A stretch of 58,475 nt of DNA, taken from a virus (lineage: Duplodnaviria; Caudoviricetes). Both the position numbers and the translations under genes were made by a program. Shown here in pieces: positions 28,010-37,044 of the stretch; within the stretch, counting starts at the first letter, position 1; each line of letters opens with the position of its first letter. The notes under the pieces are model-generated. The model saw only the letters and a program-made list of their open reading frames with translations, did no database searches and was not told the DNA's origin. The stretch is from positions 1-58,475 of IMG/VR virus record IMGVR_UViG_3300009158_003990; one strand, written 5' to 3'.

Positions 28010-28085
28010 GTGTATTTATCCCTGCTGGTAATCGCCAGCCTTACATACCTTTAAAGTTTCGCTTATCCTTGCGATCAAGCAAGGA
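28010..28085 (+). promoter_or_regulatory. nrdJ leader: GTGTAT motif plus two GC-rich hairpins
   Basis: GTGTAT 28010-15; GCTGG/CCAGC 28024-39; TCCTTGC/GCAAGGA 28066-85. Confidence 0.4.
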
Positions 28086-28101
28086 ATATGGAGTTTTTTT
28101 C

Positions 28102-30393
28102 ATGTCTATTCAAGAATTGCAAAATTATACTGCTGTTTCCAAATACGCTAGATGGGTTGAATCTGAAAAAAGAAGAGAGACTTGGGATGAAAGCGTAACT
28201 AGAATTAAGGATATGATGCTTGAAGTTCATCCTTCGTTAAAAGAAGATATTGAAAAAAATTATGGAATGATTAAAGATCAAAAAATATTAGGTTCACAAA
28301 GAGCATTACAGTTTGGTGGCAAACCAATCCTTAAGCATAATGCAAGGATATTCAATTGTTCTGCTAGTTATTGTGATAGATTGAAGTTTTTTCAAGAGTG
28401 TTTTTACTTATTGCTGTGTGGGTCTGGAACTGGTTTTAGTGTACAAAAACATCATGTCGAGTTATTACCAAAGTTTTCATCCACTAGATTAGATCCAGAG
28501 ACATGTTGCTATCAACATCTTATTCACAGAGTTGAAGATTCGATTGAAGGTTGGGCAGATGCTCTTGGCGTTCTTCTTTCCTCATATTTTGAAACTCCAA
28601 TAAAAGGGTTTGAAAAATACAAAGATATTGAAGTTGGATTTAGTTATGTAGACATAAGAGAAAAGGGTTCTCCTTTGGGTTGTGGTATAGGTAATGCTCC
28701 AGGTTATCAACCATTGGAAAAAGCATTAGAATCTACTAGAGCATTGCTGAATAGATGTACTGCAAATGGACAAACAAAATTAAGAACAATAGATGCATTC
28801 GATATAGTTATGTTTGCTGCTGATGCTGTTATTTCTGGAGGTGTTCGTAGGTCTGCAACGATAGCTTTATTCTCTGCTGATGACGAATTGATGATTAATG
28901 CAAAAACTGGCGATTGGTATTTTACTAATCCCCAAAGGGCTAGGGCAAACATCTCTGCATTACTTCATAGAAAAGATACTTCTAAAGAAGTATTTGAAAA
29001 TCTATTTAAGGCAACAAAAGAGTTTGGAGAACCAGGCTTTTTCTTTGCTGATTATTACGATGTCTTATGCAATCCATGTTGTGAAATATCATGGATAACT
29101 AGGCACTTCTATAAGAAGGGTAGTCCAGAACTAGCCGAGGCTTTGTCATTATATGAAGGACCAATAACAACAAAAGAGTCATGCAAAGATGACATGCCAG
29201 AAGATGAGGTTGGTCTTTCTGGTTGGGGGTTCTGCAATTTATCAACCATTAATGGAAAAACAATAACATCAGAAGAAGACTTCTATGAAAGATGTGCTGC
29301 TGCTGCGTTTATTGGTACATTACAAGCATCTTTTACCAGTTTCCCATACTTGGGTCATGTTACAGAACTTATCGCTCGCAAAGAGGCTTTATTGGGCGTT
29401 TCAATTAATGGTATGCAACATCACCCTAAAATATTATTAAATCCCAAAATTCAACAAAAAGGTGCTGAGATAGTAAAAAGTATAAATAAAAAGTATGCTT
29501 CTATCTTAAACATAAGTCCTGCTGCTAGAACAACTTGTATCAAACCAGAAGGTAATTCTTCTGCTTTATTGGGTTCTACATCGGGCATTCATCCAGACCA
29601 TAGCAGAAGGTATTTTCGTATTGTCCAAGCTAATCAGATGGAAGCACCTTATCAGTATTTTAAAAGTGTTAATCCTCAAGCATGTGAACAATCTGTTTGG
29701 TCATCAAATAAAACGGATGATTGCATAAGGTTTTGTGTGCAAAGTCAAGATGGAACTGTATTGAAAGAACATGTAAGTGCTATCTCTATGTTAGAAGATG
29801 TTATCTCCACCTACAGTAATTGGGTCATTTTTGGTAAAAGTGAAGATCTGTGCGTTAGAAAAGAATTAAATCATAATGTGTCTAACACAATACATGTGCA
29901 AGACAATGAATGGGATTTAGTTATGGATTATATCTATAAAAACAAGGCCGATCTTGCTGGAGTGTCTTTGATTGCATCTAGTGGAGATAAAGACTACAAT
30001 CAAGCACCATTTACAGCAGTGTATTCAATAGATGAACAAATAAAGATGTATGGTTTTGAGGCTACATCTAAAGCTTACGAGTTATATCCTAAATTTTCTG
30101 AGTATGGTTTTGATTCTTTGTGGAATGCATGTTCTTGTAATCTTGGCTATTTTGAGCCAATAGGGGAAAAACAAGAAGAATGGAAAAAATTAATTGATGC
30201 ATATTCTTGCGAGTTTTTTAATTCTAATATAAAATATGCAACATATGCACTTAAAGATGCTTCTAACTTAGATCTTTGGAATAAATTAATTGATAGTTAT
30301 TCTTCGGTTAATTATTTGGACATAAAAGAAGAAACTTCTACAATAGACATGCAGGGAGAACTTGCTTGTGCTGGTGGAGCTTGTTTAGTATGA
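28102..30393 (+). CDS. nrdJ: class II (B12-dependent) ribonucleotide reductase
   Basis: SQRALQFGG, GGVRRSA, GEPG, NPCCEI, CNL, TCIKPEG, C-terminal CAGGAC; no nrdB nearby; likely start ATG 28102. Confidence 0.88.
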   Translation: MSIQELQNYTAVSKYARWVESEKRRETWDESVTRIKDMMLEVHPSLKEDIEKNYGMIKDQKILGSQRALQFGGKPILKHNARIFNCSASYCDRLKFFQECFYLLLCGSGTGFSVQKHHVELLPKFSSTRLDPETCCYQHLIHRVEDSIEGWADALGVLLSSYFETPIKGFEKYKDIEVGFSYVDIREKGSPLGCGIGNAPGYQPLEKALESTRALLNRCTANGQTKLRTIDAFDIVMFAADAVISGGVRRSATIALFSADDELMINAKTGDWYFTNPQRARANISALLHRKDTSKEVFENLFKATKEFGEPGFFFADYYDVLCNPCCEISWITRHFYKKGSPELAEALSLYEGPITTKESCKDDMPEDEVGLSGWGFCNLSTINGKTITSEEDFYERCAAAAFIGTLQASFTSFPYLGHVTELIARKEALLGVSINGMQHHPKILLNPKIQQKGAEIVKSINKKYASILNISPAARTTCIKPEGNSSALLGSTSGIHPDHSRRYFRIVQANQMEAPYQYFKSVNPQACEQSVWSSNKTDDCIRFCVQSQDGTVLKEHVSAISMLEDVISTYSNWVIFGKSEDLCVRKELNHNVSNTIHVQDNEWDLVMDYIYKNKADLAGVSLIASSGDKDYNQAPFTAVYSIDEQIKMYGFEATSKAYELYPKFSEYGFDSLWNACSCNLGYFEPIGEKQEEWKKLIDAYSCEFFNSNIKYATYALKDASNLDLWNKLIDSYSSVNYLDIKEETSTIDMQGELACAGGACLV

Positions 30394-30465
30394 TGAGATC
30401 AAGGACAAGAAAAACAAAAAGAAAATCTTGCAGGATAAAAGGACTAAGAAAGGAGAGAATAAAAA

Positions 30466-31338
30466 GTGTTAAGAAGAGGAAAAGTTAAAGCTTTTGGTGC
30501 TCCATTTAATACAAAATATTCAAGTTGTTCCAATCTTAAGCCAACTTTATTTGATTGGGATGCATATGAATCAGACATACATGTCTATATAGACTATGCA
30601 ATAGTTAACCAAGGACATTTGTCGCCAAAAACTATTTCAAGATTAAAAATTGGTTGGCTTTGTGAATCCAATGAAATTTATTTAGATCTTTATAATTATA
30701 TAAAAAATAATACTCAAGATGTTTTTTCCAAGTTCGATTATATTTTTACATCAGATAAAAGCCTTCTTTCTTTAGATAGAAGATTTAGATTTTGTTTTTC
30801 TTGTAGTAATATACCTTGGACACCTAAAGATTCTTGGGGCATATACCCAAAAACAAAAATATGTTCTATGATTTGTTCAGAGAAAAAAATGTGTTATGGT
30901 CATCTTTATAGACATCAAGTAGCACAAATATATATGGGCGATGTGGATATTTATGGTGGTGCTTTTGGATCTCCATTTACTGGTGAAAAATACGATGGCT
31001 TTTATAAAAAAGAAAATGCATTAAAAGACTACATGTTTTCAATAGTTATACAAAATAATTTTAAGCCTCATTTTTTTACAGAACATTTAACAGATTGTTT
31101 TGCATATGGAACTATACCTATATACTTAGGCGATCCAGAAATAAATAGATTTTTTAATGGTAATGGAATATTGAAATATCAAGGTGGATTTGATATTAAA
31201 ACTTTAAGTATAGATATGTATAATAGCAAGATAGATGCAATAAATGAAAATCTTGAAATAATAAAGAAAATGCCTATGTCTGATGATTATCTTTATCTTC
31301 AGTGTTTAGAAATACTTGGAGTAAATAAAAATGGATAA
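30466..31338 (+). CDS. GT10 (fucosyltransferase)-like glycosyltransferase
   Basis: K..ALKDYMFSIVIQN....FFTEHLTDCF..GTIPIYLG resembles the GT10 motif. Confidence 0.7.
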   Translation: MLRRGKVKAFGAPFNTKYSSCSNLKPTLFDWDAYESDIHVYIDYAIVNQGHLSPKTISRLKIGWLCESNEIYLDLYNYIKNNTQDVFSKFDYIFTSDKSLLSLDRRFRFCFSCSNIPWTPKDSWGIYPKTKICSMICSEKKMCYGHLYRHQVAQIYMGDVDIYGGAFGSPFTGEKYDGFYKKENALKDYMFSIVIQNNFKPHFFTEHLTDCFAYGTIPIYLGDPEINRFFNGNGILKYQGGFDIKTLSIDMYNSKIDAINENLEIIKKMPMSDDYLYLQCLEILGVNKNG

Positions 31339-31567
31339 ATTTCAAGTTGGAGATGTCATTTGTTTAAAATCTGGTAGTATGCCAATGACTGTTGTAAATT
31401 TAAATGCTGAAACTAATGAAGTTTTAGTTGCTTATTTTGACTTAGATGCAAATGTTATGAGGGATGGTTTTCCTCCAGATGCAATAGAATTTACTCATGA
31501 TGCTTGGAAAATGAAGTATTGTGTCAATCTTGAAGAGGAAACAGACGAAGATGAGGACAAGTATTAA
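31331..31567 (+). CDS. DUF2158/YodC-like protein
   Basis: FQVGDVICLKSGSMPMTV. Confidence 0.75.
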   Translation: MDKFQVGDVICLKSGSMPMTVVNLNAETNEVLVAYFDLDANVMRDGFPPDAIEFTHDAWKMKYCVNLEEETDEDEDKY

Positions 31568-31929
31568 TGCCAACATATCAGTATCAATGCGAAAATTGTT
31601 TGTATTCATTTGAAAAAGAACAGTCTTTTTCAGAAGAACACATCAAGAAATGTCCAAGTTGTAAAAAAAATAATTTATATCAAGTTTTTTCTGGTGGTTT
31701 GATGAATTATGTTAAAGGTGGAGAAACAATAGGTCATATAAGTGATGCTAATTTTAAACGAGAAGGAGGTAAAATCAAAGAAAAGATTGCAAAAGAAAAA
31801 CAAGAAGCAGACGATAAACTTCCTTGGTGGAGATCTGGAAAAATAAAAGGCTTAGAGAAACAAGAAAAGCCAATTAATTTAGATAAGATATCAAACAAAA
31901 ATGATTACATAACTAAGGGGAAAAAATGA
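31567..31929 (+). CDS. FmdB-family zinc-ribbon protein
   Basis: MPTYQYQCENC...FE.......CPSC. Confidence 0.8.
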   Translation: MPTYQYQCENCLYSFEKEQSFSEEHIKKCPSCKKNNLYQVFSGGLMNYVKGGETIGHISDANFKREGGKIKEKIAKEKQEADDKLPWWRSGKIKGLEKQEKPINLDKISNKNDYITKGKK

Positions 31930-32234
31930 CGGAAAAACTTGTTGATGGTGGTCATGTTTATATAAAGTGCAGCAATTGCAACAAACCATTGGTTGATCTT
32001 TTGATTGTTGGTCCAAACGCAAAAAAACCAGATGGAGCACCGTTTATTTGGAATTGTGTTGCTAATTGTTGTTATTGTTCAGATAAAAGTTTTAAAACAG
32101 AAGTGTTTGGAATTTTTAGAGCATCAGGAATAATATCAGAAATAGATTCAGAAAATTATAAAGAGATTACAAGTCTTGATGATATTTTAACTGATGGTGA
32201 CAATATTACTTTTCAAGTTTCAAGGAAAAAATAA
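31926..32234 (+). CDS. zinc-binding hypothetical protein
   Basis: CSNC and CCYC motifs. Confidence 0.55.
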   Translation: MTEKLVDGGHVYIKCSNCNKPLVDLLIVGPNAKKPDGAPFIWNCVANCCYCSDKSFKTEVFGIFRASGIISEIDSENYKEITSLDDILTDGDNITFQVSRKK

Positions 32235-32581
32235 TGAACGATTTTTACAATGATCCAGAAATTGAAGCGTATGGATTTGATGAAAATGCAGAAGATTGTA
32301 ATCCAGAAGATGCACAGTCTCTTGCAAAAAAGACGAGAGATATAAAAAATGAAACCGTTTCTTTTTGGTTAAAGATTTGTCGTGGAAGCTTTATGTCTGG
32401 AACAATATTTGATCCTTCTACGATCAGTTCTGAAGAACTTAAGAGATATGACAACTACACAGGACAGAATAAGTATTCATATAAAAAGGTTTCAGAAGAA
32501 TGCTTTAATCACTATATATCATATTTAACTACTAAAAAAACTTCCTTTTTAAGAAATGCACAAAGAGGTTTGATATCATGA
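32234..32581 (+). CDS. hypothetical protein
   Basis: Coupled ORF. Confidence 0.6.
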   Translation: MNDFYNDPEIEAYGFDENAEDCNPEDAQSLAKKTRDIKNETVSFWLKICRGSFMSGTIFDPSTISSEELKRYDNYTGQNKYSYKKVSEECFNHYISYLTTKKTSFLRNAQRGLIS

Positions 32582-32871
32582 AAAACAAAAAGCCTAAATT
32601 TTTAATTAATGAGGTAAATTCATTTTACATTAGGATGAATGCATCTAAGCACACTATAGAATACATTTCAGAAAAGCTTGGTTGTGATTGTTCAGACATT
32701 ATTGAAATATATAATGACTCAAAAAAATCTGAAACAAATTATCAGATTCACAGCGGAACTGTTTCTATGACTGAAAAACAATCTGTATCTGATGACAATT
32801 CAACAAAAAAAGATGACAATATAAATCATGAATTTTTAGAAAAGTATAAAAACACACGACACAAATTATGA
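32578..32871 (+). CDS. hypothetical protein, possible HTH
   Basis: TIEYISEKLGC..SDI. Confidence 0.5.
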   Translation: MKNKKPKFLINEVNSFYIRMNASKHTIEYISEKLGCDCSDIIEIYNDSKKSETNYQIHSGTVSMTEKQSVSDDNSTKKDDNINHEFLEKYKNTRHKL

Positions 32872-33287
32872 ACATTTGTAATTATGAAGATGATTTTATA
32901 TTTGAAAAGCCAATGTGGATTGCTTTGCTTTCTAATGGCGAAAAAGTTTATCAGGATGATGGTCGCCCCAATTTGGCAGATCATTCTGCTTGGATAAGAT
33001 TGGCTGCTTATCTAAAAGAAACAAAATTAAAAATAACAAGTCTTTACTTTAGATTTAGATCAAATATAGTATACCTTTTGCCAGAAAACGCAGAAGGCTA
33101 TTATTTTTCAAATGGTATTATTGGGCAACTATCCTCTGATTTTTCTATAAGTCTTTTTGTTTGTGGCGAAATAAATGGTAACATTGCACGAATAAGAAAT
33201 ATAAAGATACCAGAGTTAATAGTTATGTCAGAAGAAGAAAGAATAATAGAAAACTTTTCTATAAGTTCTATAATTATGAATATATAA
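32868..33287 (+). CDS. hypothetical protein
   Basis: Coupled ORF. Confidence 0.6.
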   Translation: MNICNYEDDFIFEKPMWIALLSNGEKVYQDDGRPNLADHSAWIRLAAYLKETKLKITSLYFRFRSNIVYLLPENAEGYYFSNGIIGQLSSDFSISLFVCGEINGNIARIRNIKIPELIVMSEEERIIENFSISSIIMNI

Positions 33288-33289
33288 AT

Positions 33290-33718
33290 ATGGCAAAAAA
33301 TAGATCAGATAGTAGCAAATACGAATCTAGGCATGGTGGTGGGTGGATTACTTCTGCTCAGTTTCTTGCAGAGGTTATGTGTGAAAGATACGCCAAAAAA
33401 AATGGCGAAGAATTAGTTTACAAGTTTTGGAATGTTGATTTTTGGAAAAAAGAATTTTTCAAACAACTTGCATTTGCTAAAAAATTGCTTCTTGTTTACG
33501 AACCCCATATTATTTCAAAGGCACTAAGGTCTAAAGAAGGCAAATCTGTTTTTTCTTTAGGTGCTCCTTGGTTAAAGAAAATAATTGAACTGGAACAAAG
33601 AAAGTTTAAATTAGCAGATACTAGCAAGGTTGTTGATACAACTGAGTTGCCAATTAGAAAACCATTCCAATCATCCAAATCTCTAATGAAAAAATTAAAG
33701 GACTTAGATAATGAGTGA
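33290..33718 (+). CDS. hypothetical protein
   Basis: ORF upstream of recA. Confidence 0.6.
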   Translation: MAKNRSDSSKYESRHGGGWITSAQFLAEVMCERYAKKNGEELVYKFWNVDFWKKEFFKQLAFAKKLLLVYEPHIISKALRSKEGKSVFSLGAPWLKKIIELEQRKFKLADTSKVVDTTELPIRKPFQSSKSLMKKLKDLDNE

Positions 33719-35732
33719 AAACTTAGATAAGATTTTAAAAGAAGTAGATAAACAATATGGCAAAGGTGTAGCTATAAATGCAAACGAATTACTGGATGAA
33801 GAAAAGTATGTAATACCATTATCTCCTGCATTAAATTTGGGTCTTCATGGTGGAATACCAGAAGGCTCTTGGATTACATGCTCTGGTCATCCAAAAAGTG
33901 GTAAGGCACAACCAATATCTGCAATTGTTTATACAAACAAAGGCCCAAAAAGAATTGGCGATATAAAAGTTGGAGATATAGTTTGTTGTCCAAGCGGAAC
34001 ATTATCTCCTGTTGTTGGTGTTTTTCCTCAAGGCGTAAAAGATGTTTATACAATAACATTTTCTGATGGTTCTACGGCAGAATGTGAGGCAGATCACCTT
34101 TGGAACATAAAAACAAGAGAGCAAAAGTCTTATAAAACTGTAATGCTAAAAGATTTTATGGATAAAATATTTATAGGAAAAAGCACTAAAGCTAAATATT
34201 CAATACCAATAACTAATCCAGTAAATTTTGATGCTGCACAACTACCAATAGACCCATTTGCTTTTGGCGTTTTATTGACGATTGGATTTTTTAAGAAAAA
34301 AATTACAGCATTGATTGAAGATGAAAATCTACTTACTAAATTTTGTGACATTATGGATAAGTATGCATTTTCTTATTCTACTAAAGATAAACAATTGACT
34401 CTTGATATTAAAGACGAAATCAAAAAATTAAATCTCTTTAATAAAAAAACATGTGAAAAATTTATACCTTCAATTTATTTATACAACTCAATAGAAAATA
34501 GGTTTTTATTACTTAAAGGCATACTGGCTTTTGCTCATATAACTAAAAAAGAAACTCCTATTATTACAGTTTCATCAAAACAATTTGCTGAAGACTTTAG
34601 GTTGTTGGTTCAATCTCTTGGTGGAATATGTTTGATATCTAGACATAAAAACAATGAAGACAATTTTATTTACTATTGCTCCATTATTATTAAAGATAAA
34701 AAAGGGCTGTTTGAATTTAAAAAAGAAAAGTTTAACAAAATTGACATCAAAAACAATCTTTCAAGAAAAATAATTTCTGTAGTAAAATCAAGACAAGAGA
34801 AATGTGTTTGTATATCTATTAAGAATAAGAATGGTCTATACTTAACAGACAACTTTATCGTTACTCATAACACGCTAACTGCATTATCTTTTGCTGCACA
34901 ATGTCAAAAGCCAGAACACGGAGCTAGACATGTGTATTATCTAAACATTGAGGGTAGACTTAAGCCTATGAATTTAAGAGGTATAGCTGGTTTAAATTTA
35001 GATAAAATGACAATCTATAGATCTACTCAAGATAAAATTCTTTCCGCAAAGGATTACTTAAATTTGGCGTTTAAAGCCATTAATACACACCCAGGAAGTT
35101 TAATTATCATAGATAGTGTTTCTGCTCTGTGTGATGAGAAGGAAATGGATCAAGGTATTGGCTATGAGAATAGAGGGGCTGGTAATAAGCTTTTTGCTGG
35201 TTTTTGTAGGCAAGCAGCCAATATAGTTCCAGTACAAAACTGTATGGTTTGGGCGATTATGCACTTAACACAATCTCAAGGAATGTATGGTGGTTATACA
35301 GAAAAAGGTTCTAGAACATTGCAATATCAAGCAGATGTGCAAATGAGAGTGAAGTCTGATAAACCTTGGAGTGTTGGTGGAGAAGGAAAAGACAAACAAA
35401 TTGGTCAACAGGTTCATTGGATAATTGAGTCTTGTTCTTTAGGATCTCCTGGAATGGAAGTTGATAGCTTTATAAGATATGGAATTGGTATAGATAATAC
35501 ATACGAGGCAATTAATTTGGGTTGTCAGCTTGGACTTATTGATAAGGCTGGTGCTTGGATGACATTAAACTTTATGGAAAGACACTTGAAACTATTAAAG
35601 TCTGAAGTTTGGGATGATCCCACTATTAAATTAGTTAAAACTCAAGGTGCAGAAAAAATGTATAAATTATTGTTAGAAAATCCAAAATGGATAACCGCTT
35701 TAGAAAAAGAAATTAAGGCGATTATATCGTGA
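33711..35732 (+). CDS. recA: RecA/UvsX-like recombinase, intein-containing
   Basis: SPALN..L.GGIPEG, Walker A SGHPKSGK|T interrupted by intein, Walker B LIIIDSVSAL, YG.GID. Confidence 0.88.
   Translation: MSENLDKILKEVDKQYGKGVAINANELLDEEKYVIPLSPALNLGLHGGIPEGSWITCSGHPKSGKAQPISAIVYTNKGPKRIGDIKVGDIVCCPSGTLSPVVGVFPQGVKDVYTITFSDGSTAECEADHLWNIKTREQKSYKTVMLKDFMDKIFIGKSTKAKYSIPITNPVNFDAAQLPIDPFAFGVLLTIGFFKKKITALIEDENLLTKFCDIMDKYAFSYSTKDKQLTLDIKDEIKKLNLFNKKTCEKFIPSIYLYNSIENRFLLLKGILAFAHITKKETPIITVSSKQFAEDFRLLVQSLGGICLISRHKNNEDNFIYYCSIIIKDKKGLFEFKKEKFNKIDIKNNLSRKIISVVKSRQEKCVCISIKNKNGLYLTDNFIVTHNTLTALSFAAQCQKPEHGARHVYYLNIEGRLKPMNLRGIAGLNLDKMTIYRSTQDKILSAKDYLNLAFKAINTHPGSLIIIDSVSALCDEKEMDQGIGYENRGAGNKLFAGFCRQAANIVPVQNCMVWAIMHLTQSQGMYGGYTEKGSRTLQYQADVQMRVKSDKPWSVGGEGKDKQIGQQVHWIIESCSLGSPGMEVDSFIRYGIGIDNTYEAINLGCQLGLIDKAGAWMTLNFMERHLKLLKSEVWDDPTIKLVKTQGAEKMYKLLLENPKWITALEKEIKAIIS
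33906..34871 (+). mobile_element. intein (322 aa, Ala1, class-3-like) with degenerate LAGLIDADG domain
   Basis: Starts AQP after GK, ends IVTHN before Thr; block B ADHLW, block F CVCISI, block G THN. Confidence 0.88.
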
Positions 35733-36127
35733 AAGTAATAGGTCTTGATGGTAAAACTTATTCTTGGACTTCTGGTAATGTTCCAGACCATGATGATGCA
35801 AGACATAGATCATCTTTGCATCTATTGGCAAGGGGCATTCTTAAGTCAATGTACCCGATGGACAGAATCTTGGAGGAAGCAGTGCTTCCTGGAACTGGTG
35901 GGTTGACGGCAGATTTTTGGTTGCCACTAAGAAAAACAATAGTCGAAGTTCATGGCGAGCAACATTATAAATTTATACCCTTTTTTCATAATACGATGTT
36001 AAATTTTTATCATTCTAAAAAAAATGATAAGAATAAAATAGAGTGGTGTGAAAAAAACAACATTTACCTTATAGAGCTACCATTTAATGAATCAGAACAA
36101 CAGTGGCGAAAAAGAGTTGAAGGCTAG
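35729..36127 (+). CDS. PD-(D/E)xK / Vsr-like endonuclease
   Basis: ADFWLP....VEVHGEQHY, D..K..WC..NNI.LIE.P. Confidence 0.75.
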   Translation: MKVIGLDGKTYSWTSGNVPDHDDARHRSSLHLLARGILKSMYPMDRILEEAVLPGTGGLTADFWLPLRKTIVEVHGEQHYKFIPFFHNTMLNFYHSKKNDKNKIEWCEKNNIYLIELPFNESEQQWRKRVEG

Positions 36128-36599
36128 CGAAGAAGAAATATTTGACTCTCTTCTTGATGCATACGAAAATTCTATAGGTCTTCCTTCAATACCTAAAGGC
36201 TTAGAATTTACATGCATAAAATATCTTTATATGTCTAATGAAGATTTTAAAAAAATGTCTTCAGAAGATTGTGCAGAAGCATGTGTTCTTTTAAATAGTT
36301 TTTCATTTCATTTGTCTAGATTATTAAACAAAGAAAAATCTAAATTAAGATGGTGCAATGAACGAATACTAAAAGTTGTGTCTGGTAAATTAACGGAATA
36401 CAGATACTTTTCTCCAGATGAAAGAATGGCATTATCAATTAAGGATGATGATTATGCTCAAAAAATAAAGCTATTGTCTGTAAAAATACAAGCAAGAATA
36501 GACAGAATAGAATATCTTCCGATAAGAATAGAAAAAGTTTCTGATGCATTTTCAAATCTTTCTTATAACAAAAGGAAAAACAATGAGCGTAATTTCTAG
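36087..36599 (+). CDS. hypothetical helical protein
   Basis: ORF in replication operon. Confidence 0.55.
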   Translation: MNQNNSGEKELKASEEEIFDSLLDAYENSIGLPSIPKGLEFTCIKYLYMSNEDFKKMSSEDCAEACVLLNSFSFHLSRLLNKEKSKLRWCNERILKVVSGKLTEYRYFSPDERMALSIKDDDYAQKIKLLSVKIQARIDRIEYLPIRIEKVSDAFSNLSYNKRKNNERNF

Positions 36600-37044
36600 T
36601 CTTAAAGATGCTATCTTGAAAAAAGATTGGGATCTAGTCGATGCTGTTTTGCAAACCTTGGCTGGAATTTCTGTAGAACAAAGAGTTATTAAAAACAATC
36701 CAGTAATTTCTGAAAAAATAAATAATGTTGATGATTCACTGAATAAATTTATGGTTAATACGAATAGCATAGTAAGAGAAAAGACAGATGTTATTCCTGC
36801 AAACAATAAAAATGTTTTTTATGATGATAAAACATTAGATATGGATTTTGCAGAAATGTCTCAAAAATCTAGTCCAAAAAAATATAGGGCTGAAGTCGAT
36901 GAATCTACTTTTTTTAAGTCTGCAAAGTGTTCAAGATGTGGAAGCACAATGAATGTTGCAGCAGAAGAATTTGCTTTTAAAAGCAAAGACAGCGAATCTT
37001 CTGGTTTTGTATGTGTTCCATGTATGAAGAGGGCAAAAAGATGA
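36583..37044 (+). CDS. hypothetical protein with C-terminal zinc finger
   Basis: CSRC...CVPC. Confidence 0.55.
   Translation: MSVISSLKDAILKKDWDLVDAVLQTLAGISVEQRVIKNNPVISEKINNVDDSLNKFMVNTNSIVREKTDVIPANNKNVFYDDKTLDMDFAEMSQKSSPKKYRAEVDESTFFKSAKCSRCGSTMNVAAEEFAFKSKDSESSGFVCVPCMKRAKR

Noticed and set aside
28006-28101. N-terminal extension of NrdJ from ATG 28006
   Set aside because: The extension lacks an RBS and RNR similarity; ATG 28102 has GGAG upstream and starts the conserved region
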